Source of the DNA: Raja brachyura
Lineage: Eukaryota
NCBI GenBank assembly: GCA_963514005.1
Contig: OY740787.1
Coordinates: 84,940,001-85,004,000 of the forward strand
Direction of reading: 5' to 3'
Length of the DNA stretch: 64,000 nt
Part shown: positions 23,060-36,110 of the stretch, piece by piece
Layout of the letters: each line of letters starts with the position of its first letter
Numbering within the stretch: the first letter of the stretch is position 1
The notes under the pieces: model-generated
What the model was told of the DNA's origin: nothing
The model's input: only the letters and a program-made list of their open reading frames with translations
Database searches by the model: none
Translations under genes and position numbers: made by a program

Positions 23060-24100
23060 CTCCAGCTGCATCTGCGATCAATAAGCAACCAAAATGAATA
23101 GTCCAGCTGCCTGGTAGAACAGGTAAGGTTTTGTGGAAGTATGTGTGTACAGCGCAAAGAAACGTCAGATGAGTCGCGTCGACCATCGCTTGTGAGCTTG
23201 CCAGAGCTCTTGCCAGCCAGGAGCAGTGCTCGAGGTGCAGATTGCATGCCAGAGTGCCGTCTCCAGCCCGACTGAAGCTTGGATTGCAGTTCACCTTGAC
23301 CTTTCCCGTTGTTACAGCAGGTGACCATGATGCATGTCAATGTTGTCACCATAGGCTGGCCAGGTTGGCTCGGAACGCCGTGTTTGACTGAACTTGGGCA
23401 GCGGGGAAGGGGGCCCCTCTGACTTTGAGCTCCGGCAGTTAGCAAAGAGAGGGCTTTTCCATACGGTTGTGAATGGCCACTGGAGTGTGAGGTAGAGAAG
23501 GGAGTGCAAACAAAGTGGAAAGTGATTTTCTGGTGACAATGTCCAAGGTTTTGTTTTGTACATTTGAAGGTATTCATAAGTGACAGGAGCAGAATTTAGG
23601 CCATTCGGCCCATCAAGTCTACTCCACCATTCAATCATGGCTGACCTAACTCTCCCCCTCAACCCCATTCTCCTGCCTTCTCCCCATAACCCCTGACACC
23701 CGTACTAATCAATAATATATCTTGTCTCCACCTTAAAAATACCCATTGATATCCCCCACAGCCTGCTATGGCAAAGAAGTCCACAGATTCACCACCCTCT
23801 GACTAAAGAAATGTTTCCTCATCTCCTTTCTAAAGATATGTCCTTAAATTCTGAGACTATGGCCTCTGGTAATAGACTCTCCCATGAGTGGAAACATCCT
23901 CTCTATCGTCCACTCTATCCAAGCCTGAGATAGTTGTCTTCATTACTCATTCAAAGCACAGATGATGCTCGGCTGATGCATAACTCCTGCATCTCCTGTT
24001 GCTGAAGTTAGAGTCACTGTATGACACTCTGGCAAGAGGTGTTACACAGTCTCCACATTCCTTCTGGTTACTTCACGAGTAATTGTAAGTCGGCAGACCA
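23060..24100 (-). mobile_element. probable DIRS tyrosine-recombinase relic, split by CR1
   Basis: Collinear degenerate motifs LTSA..R..EL, LCLHSLLYL...WKSPLF...G.P...AY, ARALASSQA, HFG.LL. Confidence 0.4.
23574..23925 (-). mobile_element. CR1 LINE 3' end
   Basis: Same CR1 3' UTR (gaatggtggagtagacttgatgggccgaatggcct). Confidence 0.9.
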
Positions 24101-26261
24101 CGGCAAAGCTGACCAACCATATCTTCTGTTTATTGGGTAGCTGTGCTTACTAGGGACTGCTGCTTGTCATCCAATTTCTCACATGCTCCAATGACAACTC
24201 CTCACAAACCTGCAGCTTTTCTTTTACTTCTTCTGAAATGTTCCCATGTTCTAGCTGAAAATTAATTGTCCCAAGTTCAGGAGAACTCACATCCTCAAGG
24301 GACACAATAAAATGCTGAAGATAGACACAAAATGCTGGAGTAACTCAGCGGGTCAGGCAGCATCTCAGGAATAGGTGATGCTTAAAGTGGAGAACCTTGT
24401 TCAGAGTGCAGATTGCTCAGCTGTGATAGTAACTAACTCAACTATCTCCATATATCAGCTCGTTCCATATACCTATCTCCTTTGGATGCCCAGGATTAAT
24501 TTCTGATCTCCCAACCTACTTCGTACTTTTTTCAATCTGCACTTTCTCTGCAGCTGTGACACTATATTCTGGCATTCTGTTTCGTTTTCTCTCTTGCACT
24601 ACCTTGGTGTACTTACGCATGGTATGATTTTTCTGGGTTGCATGTAAATCAAAGTTTTTCACTGCACCTCTGTGCATCTGACAATAATAAAACCAATACC
24701 AATCACATTACTCACATATAAGAAAAACCTGTGGCAATATGTATAAACTCTTGGTTGATGCAGCAGGCTAAGGTGATTTTGTTACTTGACAGATGAATTA
24801 ACACTGATGGCTGTTGTTTATCATTCTCAGACATTAAAAGCATGCTTTGGCTAAGACCATTTACCTGCTCCAAAATACCCTGATGTTATATTGACAGCAG
24901 AGAGCTAGAAATGAAGGACTCTGGTGATTTCAACTGTGGCAAGCAAATGGTGTAAACAAACTTGGGCCCTCATTTTAGATTTGAGAGCTCCAGGGCATCA
25001 GGTGACAAGCTGGTGTGACATGGTGTGTGCTCCCAGTTCGCTACAGCAGCATGGCACCCACCTTATTAGTTGAATACTTTGATAGTACGACAAATATTAA
25101 TACAAGTCAGTTAGCTAACGTAGATTTCAGATGCTATGTGAACCATCCACCAAGATGTGTCACAGCAGATAAACAAGCAAACTTTAAAGGAGCGCCTTGT
25201 GTTTTAAGGTTATTACAAACACCTTGTCACAGTACATTCAAGTAGCAATGTTACAACATTTTGAGATTTTAAAAATCAAGTCTGCAATTTATCCCATCAG
25301 ATAAAGCATAAAAAGAAGTTTAATTTGACACCTAATTCACTTTCATATCTTCAGTATTAAGAAAGTTATGACCATTTTCATACTCGGAAATTAGCATCTT
25401 GTTCCCCATTGCCTTTCAATGAACTTAACTCAAAAGCTGTGATCTAGAACCGTTAAAAGCCCATATCTTTCTTAAAAATTAAGAGAACTCAATGAAATTT
25501 TCAGTTATTATAGATTGAAGCATTCTGAAACAAATATGAAACAATCTTACTTGGATGACCTGAAATTAAAGCATATAATTAGTTAGTTATCTAATTGTAG
25601 CTAATTACAAAATTCAATGAGTAGATCTAAACATCTATCCATTTCTTAAGAAAAGATAAACTTTTTTTAAATTGCCTAAAGGCCCTGTCTCACGGTGCGA
25701 GTTGACACACGAGTGACCCAGAGTGACAGACTCGTGGTTGTGTACGATATTCCAAGTTGATGTGCAAGTGTTTGAGGCGAGTTCCCACGGGTATGGTAAT
25801 CTGCGATGTTCCGAGTTTGTCTCCAGAGTTACCAAGTTCCCCTCCCGTTACACTTGAGCCAACCGTGAATGAAGGTATGTTTTAATAAAGCAACAATGTT
25901 AAAGAAAACATCTCCATCCTGCGGCTTTGAGTTAAAGATAGAATTCAGCGCGGCTGCATCTATTTATATAACCTATAAAAGGGAAAATGCGCACCCTCCA
26001 GTGCCAGAGCAGTTATACTTATGATTTGTTAGAAACGCACATCACGTAGTTAGAAGACCAGCTGGCGAAGGTTTGTTATATTTGGAGGGGCAAGTGAAAT
26101 ATAATGATGATAGGTCTGAGGTGTTGCACTTTAGGAGCGCTGAAAAATTCGGACATGTGCAATGAGTGGTAGCAACATTGGGAATATCGTATCAACAAGG
26201 AACGTTGTTGTACAAGTGAAAACAAATTACTTGAAGGCAACATCACAACTGGATAAAAAAT

Positions 26262-26445
26262 AGACACAACGTGCCGGAGTAACTCCGTGGGTCAGGCAGC
26301 ATCTGTGGAGAAAAAGGGTGGGTGTCGTTTCGTTAGACGGGTCCGGATCCAAAACATTTCTCCAGAAATACTGCCTGATCTATGGAGTTACTCGGGCACT
26401 TTGTGTCTATCTTTGGTATAAACCAGCATCTGCAGTTATATGTTT
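26262..26445. mobile_element. Penelope pLTR fold-back element (degenerate)
   Basis: tagacacaacgtgccggagtaactcc ... ggagttactcgggcactttgtgtcta inverted arms. Confidence 0.7.
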
Positions 26446-27234
26446 CTACTTAGCACAGCTAGATGGGGTGGTTAGGAAGTGCGGGAACCAAATCAAGGAG
26501 GGAGTGCGGGAATCAGAAGCAGGTGAGTTTGACGGGAGCGTGGGAGCCGCACACAGCGAGTGGAAAAGTGTTTGGGAAGCCGAACCCAGCCTGAAAGAAC
26601 GAGCACGGGTATTGGGTCCCAACAGGAATAGGTTAAAGGCTTGAAGAGAAGATGGAGACAGAGACACTCACATTCAACAAGGACAGTAATTCTGCTGTAA
26701 CATGATTGTTGCTTTGCGAAGTAACGTAGTTTTTTTAATAGAAAATCATAGCAATGGGGAAAAGGTGTTTCACCCTTGCAGTAATCAAGTTATTTTCCTG
26801 TGGTGTTTTGAATAACTAAGTTTATTTAGGTTACTGCAAGCTAAAATACAAAGGTTGTGTGTTACATTGTTTAATAGAGTTTCGTTGTTCAAATATCAAA
26901 GGAAGCGATTGTTTGTCAATTTCTATGGTAGTTAAACCCATAGTTGGGCTCCGGTGATTGGGTTGATCATGAGATCATGGTGCCTCGTCACTGCTGGAAG
27001 GCTACATGGAAGCATTTTTGTCTGCTTGCTAATTTCCAAACTAACTGTAGTTCCCAACCTGAAGGGCCCGTTTCTGTGCAGTATGAAGCAATAATGAAAA
27101 CAAAACAGTACAGAAGAGCAGGGTGTGTAGGAAGCACAGGCAGAACAGGGGCAGAGGGACAGGAGCAGACGCTGTATGTGTGGGGAACTAGTGGTACTTC
27201 CCCAACTCTACCCCCACTCTACATCTCTGCGTCT

Positions 27235-27672
27235 CATCATACAGATCAAACTCCCCACCATTGACTACAAGTCGATTTCATGCTGCTTCGGGAAAGCAGC
27301 CATCTGAACTAAAGACCTTTCCTACCAGGGCCATTCCTTCCTCTTCCCGCTCCCATCGGAAGAAGAAACAGAAGCTTAAAAGTGCGCATCAGTAGAATCA
27401 GGAATGCATTCTTTCCCTCTGTTATCAGGCTTTTGAATGGTCCTTCCATAAGTTGGGGGACCGTTCGATTCTCCTCTACCCCATTGTGGCCATTGGTCTT
27501 TGTCTCTGGAATTCAGCGCTAAAATATTGAGAACGACAAGATCTGCATTTTGTTTCTGTCTCGATCTATGTACTTGAATTTAGTTTATTTCTATTTATGT
27601 ATAGTATTATCTGATTTGACTGGATAGCATGCAAAACATAACTTTACACATGAAAGTAATAAATCTAAACCT
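27235..27672 (+). mobile_element. Rex1/Babar-like LINE 3' end
   Basis: ...RIRNAFFPSVIRLLN and the same tail as 53930-54300. Confidence 0.7.
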
Positions 27673-29309
27673 AATGTTGTTTGTATCGGGTAGTTGTGCA
27701 TTGTCGTGGTGAGTTTGTCGGTAGCAAGCATCTTTCTGAAAGCAATGAATGCTGAGGGCAAACATTAACAACCTGAATACGGACTTCCAGAAGGGTCTTG
27801 ACAAAGTCACAATACGTGGTGTAAAGTGAATATTGAAAGCATGTACATGAGGTCAACAAAATATTAGACAATCTTGGTAAATGCTTGTGGGAAAGTGAAT
27901 AGTGTGCCCCCCCCCTCCTCCTGGATCACAGTCACAGTCATCGGTAGCCACAGTCACCCGTAAATAAACCCACTACATCCAATATGCGACTTTTTATGAT
28001 CATGGATGACAATCCATTTAACTTCAGTGTAAATTCAAATGAAGGTTCCTGCTCCCGCCTTCTGCTGTCACTTTCAATGCTGCTACTATTGGAGTCTGGC
28101 CTCGGGTAACTCCATTCCCACCTGGGGAATGAAAAGTTTCCATTGACGGTGCCACGGTAGACTCACGAATCAATAAGGTAAACGCACGGGCCACTACGTT
28201 ATGACAACGAGTTTAAATGTTTCAATTTTTAACTTGAACATTACATTTGACTCGTGGAAAATATCAAACATGTTTGATTTTTTTCACGAGTTCACAAGTT
28301 TCACGGGTACCTACCGTTAGCACCACGAGTCGCTAAGTTGCTCGCGCGAATTCCGACGTTTCCGCTACGTTGATTGTACGGGATTACCGCGAGTGAAAAC
28401 TCGGGGTACCTCGTGGGACAACTCGCACCGTGAGACAGGGGTTTTAGTGTCCAAATAACATTCACACAATAATCCACAATATAACATAATTTTTAAATCT
28501 CATTTTCATGAATTTCTGGGCCAAATGGAAGGAATTTAGTGTTTAATGCCTGTAAATTAATGGCCATTTAAATCAACTAGCGAGTGGGTTTTAGTGGAAT
28601 GCGGTGGATTGGAACGTTGCGGTTTGCGGTGAAGTCGGGAGGAAAAATACTGTTGGTTCATACATTTTTTTGGACCCCATTTCGCAACATGAAAACATGA
28701 TTAAAGCCTTCATAAAAACCAACTTTTAATATAAAAATAAACTGTGAACCTTTTTTTCTCCCCTACGCAAAATCCTTCCCGTTGTCGGCGCTCACGACTT
28801 TTGAAGGTGATTTTTAAATTACTCTAGTTAATAAATAATCTAGCGTAATTTAAAAATACCTTCATGAATGAAATGTCGGAGCGATTTTTCTTCCGCAACG
28901 AAATCGCCCGACATGGATCGATTTTCCCAGTCTGCAGAAAAACGGCACTTTAAGCCCGCCCCCCCCCCTGACAGGCGCCAAAGTCACGCACACGGGGAGC
29001 GGCAGAACTGCAGCGCTGCTCAAGGTAAGTTTTGTAACATACCTAATTCAAGTCATTTCATCAATTTTCCTAAGGCTAGATGTAAACTGCTCTCTATTCA
29101 CATTGGGAAAGAGTGAATCTGCTCTTCATGGCCTTGCTTTTGACAGGTGCGTCAAAAGTCAGACAAACAGACTCAAGAACAGTTTTTTTCCCTGGGCTAT
29201 CAGAACTCTAAATTCCTCAAATATCCACATGACATGAAGAGATGCTGTCATCCATTCCACTATAAAACAGACTACTCAGCTAATATTTCTTTTTTTTAAA
29301 TTATTTTAA

Positions 29310-29985
29310 AGTCTATCACTGGCCTCTCCATCAAAGGGCATCCACGCGAGACACTGCTACAAGAAGGAGGCGTCTATCATTAAGGATCCCCACCATCCAG
29401 GTCATGATCTTTTCTCGCTGCTACCATCAAGCAGGAATACAGGAGCCCGAGGTCGCACACCACCATGTTCAGAAACAGCTACCTTCCGAAAACCGAAGTC
29501 GGACACAAAATGCTGGAGTAACTCAGCAGGTGAGGCAGCATCAAAGGAGAGAAAGAATGGGCGACGTTTCGGCCTGAAACGTCTCGACCTGAAACGTCGC
29601 CCATTCCTTCTATCCGGAGATGCTGTCTCACCCACTGAGTTACTCCAGCATTTTGTGTCTACCTTTGATTATATCTAGGATTTGCAGTTCTTTCTTACAC
29701 ACCTTCATATAACCCTCAGGTTCCTAAACCAACCTGCACCTCCATAATCCTACCTCAACAACAGAACACAACAGTCCATTTCTTGCACTATCATGGAATT
29801 ATATTTTTCGATTTATGTTTTTGAACTAATGCCTTGTTTTATGCACAATTTTCTTTCTTTTTGAAATTCCATGTGTAATTTATGTTGGGTGTTTGTCCGA
29901 ATCGATGTGCATGTGCATCAAGCTTTTCCTTGTACCTGTACCTTGTCATACATGTGCATCTAATAAACTCCACTTGACTTGACAT
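29310..29985 (+). mobile_element. Rex1/Babar-like 3' fragment split by a Penelope fold-back (29500-29700)
   Basis: SIIKDPHHPGHDLFSLLPSSR.Y...FRNSY; (cttga)n tail; inverted pLTR arms inside. Confidence 0.75.
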
Positions 29986-30414
29986 CAAACCCTATCATTT
30001 AATTGTGAAACAACCCCATCTTATTTACCCCCCTTGAATTCACATCCCCTTCCTTTGATCTAGCATTTGGCCCAAATATCATTTTCTTTGCTCAGACTTT
30101 CTCTGGTCAATTTGGGGACATTGTTCTGTGTGAGAAGTAATAACAGCATAATTACTAGTCATTTTCTTCTGGGATGCCATTCCATAAAACCAAGGAACTT
30201 GAACTTTTGAACCATGGTCTAACAAAGAGCTTGCAGATCGCAGCATAGCAATTGTTAAATGTATGAGGGAGGACAAAAAAACAACCTAGTTGACCGCTGG
30301 TCAATAACTGGTGCAGCAAATATATGCAACAGGGGTAAGAAGATTAAGTTTGCTTGGTATGGCCACTATCTGATACTAACATTGCAAGTCAAGGCCTTTA
30401 TGTGAAGATGGTTA

Positions 30415-31280
30415 TGAATGATTGCAGCACGATTTTGATCGATTGTCCAGGTGGCCGGAGGAATGGCCGATGGAATTTAATACAGAGAAGTGTGAGGTGT
30501 TGTATTTTGAGACGTCGAACAAGGGTCAACCTACACAGTGAATGGTAGGCCTCGGGGTAGTGTTGTAGATCAGAGGGATCTCGGAGTACAAGTGCATGGT
30601 TCCTTGAAGGTCGAGTCGCAGGTAGATAAGGTGGTCAAAAAGGCTTTTGGCACTTTGGCCTTCATCAGTCAGAGTACTGTGTATAGAAGTTGGGAGGTCA
30701 TGTTGCAGTTGTATAAGACGTTGGTGAGACTGCATATGGAATATTGTGTTCATTTCAGGGCACCATGTTATAGGAAAGATATTGTCAAGCTTGAAAGGGT
30801 TCAGAAAAGATTTATGAGGATGTTGTCAAGACTAGAGGGTGTAAGCTTTAGGGAGAGGTTGAGGAAGCAGGGTCTCTATTCCATGGAGTGCAGGAGGATG
30901 AGGGGGCATCTAATAGAGGTGTGCAAAATCATGAAAGGAATAGATCAGGTAGATGCAGAGTCTGTTGCCCAGAGTAGGGGAATCGAGGACCAGAGGACAT
31001 AGGTTCAAGGTGAAGGGGAAAAGATTTAATAGGAATCCAAGGAGTAACTTTTTCACAGAAAGGGCGGTGGGTGTATGGAACAAGCTGCCAGAGGAGGTGG
31101 TTGAGGCTGGGACTATCCCATCATTTAAAAAACAGTTAGACAGGTACATGGATAGGACAGGTTTGGAGGGATATGGACCAAACGTGGGCAAGTGGGACTA
31201 GTGTAGCTGGGACATTGTTGGCCAGTGTGGGCACGTTGGGCCGAAGGGCCTGTTTCTACACTGTATGACTCTATGACTCT
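30415..31280 (+). mobile_element. CR1 LINE 3' region
   Basis: QRDLGVQVH.SLK...LYKTLVRLHMEYCVHF...RTRGHRFK...; (tatgactc)n tail. Confidence 0.95.
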
Positions 31281-32332
31281 AATCCGGAGCTAAATGACAT
31301 GTTGCCATGGAACAGGACTCTAGCAGAGTCAGCATCTTTGGGAGTATGAGGGAGAGATGTGAGTGTACATAAGTAGAGCCACAGCCGAGAAATCTCAGAA
31401 CAAAGAACAGATACCTCAGAACAAAGACATGGCCTGGGGCAAGATGGATTTGTTCTGCTCTCTTGCATGCTCCATGCTAGGCGTTAGAAGTCTGTGCAGT
31501 GATGTACTCGACAACAGGCTGGATTGCCTTAAAACAACTAGCAGATCAGACATAGCACAACTTGTTCTTGCCATCTGGTGCTCCAGCCTAGCGAGCAGGA
31601 ATTGAGGGTCTCTTCAAAGGGCTTAATATCGCAATAATTGAAAACAATATATATGGTAACGTCGTATTTATTGAAGGAATGAATTGTAGGCAACCACTGA
31701 ATGGTTTTAGTTACTCCGATACCTTAATTTCATAATGCAACAAAGGAACACTTTCAATGCAGAATATGAAAATATTTTATACTGTATAATATCCTAAATT
31801 CTAGTGTAAGAACCACATTTGGAACTATTTTAGTGTAATAAACTGCATCTAAAATAGCAATGAACTACAAATGCCAACTTAATTTCCTAGCAATTAGGAT
31901 GAATTACATTGTAACTACTGATCTCAGCTGTTGGTACCACAGAGCAGTGTCTATTCATAGGCCAGAGTCCCACTGCCGTACTTCCTGTCCATTCAGCTGC
32001 TTTCTATGTGTCCACATTAAATCTTACCAGCCATTATACAACATGTCCTTCACACAAATGCTGAGATTCTCTGCCACCTCCCAGGAAGATAGCAGGAAAT
32101 CTTCGGGTGCTGTTTTGTTAAAATCCCGCTGATTCATGCAACTTGCAACATCTTCGGCAGAAAGGAAAGTGGTGCCCATTGTGCTTCTACCAAATGTAGG
32201 TGTTCCATATGGATCAACGCAAGACTTGGCCTTTTGTTAACTGCATTAGCAGCTTTTAATCATTCAGCTCCCAATGCCAATACCCAGCTTCTGAGCATCC
32301 ATTTATTTTAGCAATCAATAATCAATCTGAAG

Positions 32333-32520
32333 TGTGTAGGAAGGAACTGCAGTTGCTGGTTTACACTGAAGATAGACACAAACTGCTGGAGTACCTCAGC
32401 GGGACAGGCAGCATCTCTGGAGAGTAGGAATGGGTGAAGAAGTGTCTCGACCCAAAACGTCATGCATTCCTTCTCTCCAGAGATGCTGCCTGTCCCGCTG
32501 AGATACTCCAACATTTTCTT
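32333..32520. mobile_element. Penelope pLTR fold-back element
   Basis: ctcagcgggacaggcagcatctctggagag ... ctctccagagatgctgcctgtcccgctgag. Confidence 0.82.
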
Positions 32521-33107
32521 TCTTTCTTCCATAATAAATCTGATATTGCCTGCACAATAATAGTTGCATATAATCAGCAATTAGCATGTGTTATTATGAG
32601 GAATATTTATCGCTTTGGTGCAAACTATTAACTATTGATTTCATACCTTTCAGCATTTTACAATTGAATTCAGTACTGATCTGTATGACTCCTTATATTC
32701 ACTACTTAAGCTTTGCCATGAATAGGTAGATGGGTGCAAAGGAATTAACAGGTAACTGAATCCTCATCCCTCCTGTAACATTACTGGTAGTTGACCTTAG
32801 TCATAGAGCGCCATACATATGTTATCTTTACTTTGCTGCCTTGATGCAGTCTCTTTACCAAACTACATTGTTGGAAGTGAGTTACAGTTATTCATCTGTG
32901 GCTGGCAAAACATGGAGAGCATTTGGCTGATGGACACCCTTTCCGAGGCAATGTGAATCTGGCCAAGAGTATATTTTTGCCCAGGAGGATGGTCACTAGC
33001 TGGGTGGCCTGTGGGTATCCCAAATTCGCAATTGCCAAATCAATTTGCCAATCTGTGATGGTGCAACAGAATGGCATGGCAGGCAAGATGTACCATATTT
33101 CCATTAA

Positions 33108-33110
<3 letters not shown>

Positions 33111-33177
<67 letters not shown>
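33111..33177. repeat. (GT)n microsatellite
   Basis: Perfect GT run. Confidence 0.99.
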
Positions 33178-33182
<5 letters not shown>

Positions 33183-33210
33183 TCTTCCTGATCCCAGTGT
33201 GGGATATGTA

Positions 33211-34238
33211 GGTATGTTACAAAACCTACCTTTAGCATCGCTGCACTTCTGTCACTGCCCATGTGCGCGACTTTGGCGCCTTTGAGAGGGGGGGCGGGTT
33301 TAAAATACGTTTTTTCTCCAGCCTGTTCAAATCAATTTTTGTCAGGCTGTTTAGCTGTTGAAGAATAATCGTGCCGACATCGGTTTTATTTTTTATTTTT
33401 TAAATTGCACTGGATAATTTAATAGCAGGAGTAAATTAAAAAGCATCTTCTAAAGCCATCAACGGGGACGGATTCCACGTACGGGACAGGTAAAAGGAAG
33501 CCGTTTATTTTACATATAAACGTGCTACTTAGGATGCCTCTAATCAAAATTTCACGTTGCGAAAATGTGATTATGTAAATATACGAACCGGCAATATTTT
33601 TCCTGCCGATACGGGGTTTAAATTCACCGCAAATGCAACGTTCCAAACGATCGCGTTCCACAAAAATCCCACTCGCAAGATGATTAAAATGGCCATTATT
33701 TTACGGGAATTAAACATTAAATTCCTTCCATTTGGCCTATAAATTCATGACAATGAGATTTAAAAATCATGTTATATTGTGAATTCTTGTGTGAATGTTA
33801 TTTGGACACAGGCTATTTAAAAATGTTAACCTTTTCTTAAGAAATGGATAGATGTTTAGATCTAGTAATTGAATTTTGTAATTAGCTACAATTAAGTAAC
33901 TAACTAATTATATGCTTTAATTTCAGGTCATCCAAGTAAGATTGTTTCAATTTTTTTTCAGAATGCTTCAATCTATAATAACTGAAAATTTCATTCAGTT
34001 CTCTTAATTTTTAAGAATGTTATGGGCTTTTGACTGTCCTTGATCACAGCTTTTGTGTTAAGTCAATGGAAAAGCAATGGGGAAGATGCTAATTTCCGAG
34101 TATGAAAATGGCCATAACTTTTTTAATACTGAAGATATGAAAGTGAATTAGGTGTCAAATTAAACTTATTTTTATGCTTTATCTGATGGGATAAATTGCA
34201 GACTTGATTTTTAAAATCTCAAAATTTTGTAACATTGC
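33211..34238 (-). mobile_element. ~1-kb non-autonomous DNA transposon, copy 2 (uninterrupted)
   Basis: TA|GGTATGTTACAAAA ... TTTTGTAACATTGC|TT; reverse complement of the host element at 25245-29043. Confidence 0.85.
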
Positions 34239-34494
34239 TTGGAGGCATGAATGGCTGCCTCGTGGCTTAAGAATGTTCATTTATACTAAGAATTCTAGAA
34301 ATTAAAATCATTCAGCAGTAAACATGTCTGTACAGTTGTTGTGACAAATAAAATGCTTCATTCATCTCCTTAAGGGAAGGAAACCTGCCTTTCTGACCTA
34401 ATCTAGCCCATGTTCACCTTCAGTTGCCATAGAAGTTGTTGACTGCCACTTGCCCTCTGTGCCGTCATCTCAAACCTCTACAGCCTCAGACTGC

Positions 34495-34778
34495 ACAGGT
34501 GGAAGGTGACACAGCCGGTAGAGCTACTGCCTTACAGCACCAGAGACCCGGGTTCCAGCCCGACGACGGATGGTGTCTGTACAGAGTTTGCACGTGGGTT
34601 TTCTCTGGGATCTCCGGTTTACAACCACACTCCAAAGACATACAGGTTTATAGGTTAATTGGCCTGGTATAATTGTAAATTGTCGCTAGTGTGTGTAGGA
34701 TAACGTTAGCATGCGGGGATCACTGGTCATTGTGGACTCGGTGGCCTATTTCCGCGCTGTATCTCTAACCTAAACTGA
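34495..34778 (+). mobile_element. HE1-type V-SINE
   Basis: Head, V-domain and tail recognisable. Confidence 0.85.
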
Positions 34779-34984
34779 AAGTAGAGGATCACTCCAGCAC
34801 CTTCTTGGGGCAACTGCAAATGGATGGGTCAATGCACAAGCGACCATATGAATTTAAAACAGCAGCAGTGTGGCCTTATGGTTTCTGCAATCAGAATCCC
34901 GGACCTTCTGCAGCAAGTAACCATCTCTTGGCAGTCTAACTGCACTCATTATGCCCTTGGTCTGAGCCGGGGCCCCAATGCTCA

Positions 34985-35192
34985 GTGGTAGACCAAAAAT
35001 GCTGGAATAACTCAGCAGGTGAGGCAGCATCTATAGAGAGAAGGAATTGGCGACGTTTCTGGTTGTGACCCTTCTTCAGACTAATCAGGGGAGGTGGCGG
35101 GACAAAGAAAGAATGTAGGCGGAGACAGTAAGACTGGCGGGAGGACTGGGAAGTGGGAGGAGATGGAGAGAGAAAGCATGGGCTATCTGAAG
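34985..35192 (-). mobile_element. Penelope pLTR fragment
   Basis: Minus strand gtCTGAAGAagggtcacaaccaGAAAcgTCgcc and the standard tail. Confidence 0.75.
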
Positions 35193-35429
35193 TGTCAGTG
35201 TCCAGTGAACATTCTCCAGCAGTTGCCATTACAATCTCACGGTTTTCCTATCCAGTTATGCACTGGAGACCTGCCTGGTACAATCTGGTACAAACATCTG
35301 CTTTGTAGTCTCATCAACATGTTCACAATAATAGAGACACAAGACACTGCAAATGCCAGAGTCTGATTTCAGTTAAATGCCCCAGATTCTTTGCTTCTCA
35401 TCACTGATGAGCACATCTTTCTCCCATTC

Positions 35430-35850
35430 CCCTCATTACTCTGTTCCTTGCATCTCCTGTTTCCACTCATCTCCCACCTGTCCCTACTTTAAGTCCCTCG
35501 TTTTGCTTTTATCGCCGCTTTTTCAGCTCCCTTCGATCCCCTTCTACTCACTATCCTTCCCACCAGCTTTACATTTCACTGCTCTTCTTCCTTACCTGGC
35601 ACCTTTTTGCTCCATTTCACATCTAGCCTCGGTTACTGTGTCCATCCATCTACGCCTCACCCCTCCTCATCTTCACCCACATATCATTTGCCAGTTTTTG
35701 CCCCACTCCGTCCCTTCATCTCTCTTTCCCAACTTCTCCCCTTTACTTCATTGGTCTGAAGAAGGTTCCTGGCCCGAAATGTTGCCTGTCTATTTCCCAC
35801 CACAAATGCTGCCTGGCCCGCTCAGTCCCTCCGGCATCATGTTTATTGCT
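35430..35850 (+). mobile_element. Penelope pLTR fragment (older)
   Basis: Pyrimidine-rich body ending ggtCTGAAGAaggttcctggcccGAAAtgttgcc. Confidence 0.6.
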
Positions 35851-36110
35851 CGAGTTCAGAATGATATTGCCACTGGCAAACTGAGAATTTCATCCTGAGA
35901 ATCTCAAGGGCAAACATAACATTGAAAATCAGTGCAAATAATCGAGATCCAAAGAACATGAAGAACTAATGCCATGTCCATATCTTGTGTTTTTCAGATA
36001 CCTCTGGACTTATCGCAGGAGGAATGTCACTTTCAGACACTGAATACCGAGAAATTACAGGTAAATCACCAAGTAAATCTCATGATATTCCAAGAGACCA
36101 AGGGGTGAAA

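Larger units (their letters stand above)
25680..28443. mobile_element. PIF/Harbinger-type element, long internally decayed copy
   Basis: TAA|AGGCCCTGTCTCACGGTGCGAGTTG ... CAACTCGCACCGTGAGACAGGGGTT|TTA; TIR related to the MITEs at 17961 and 53152; contains secondary insertions. Confidence 0.85.
25245..29043 (+). mobile_element. ~1-kb non-autonomous DNA transposon, copy 1 (split by a 2.76-kb insertion)
   Basis: TA|GCAATGTTACAA ... TTGTAACATACC|TA; 25245-25679 plus 28444-29043 matches the reverse complement of 33211-34238. Confidence 0.85.

Noticed and set aside
32923-33285. 120-aa ORF with a CV repeat
   Set aside because: Reads through the (GT)n microsatellite.
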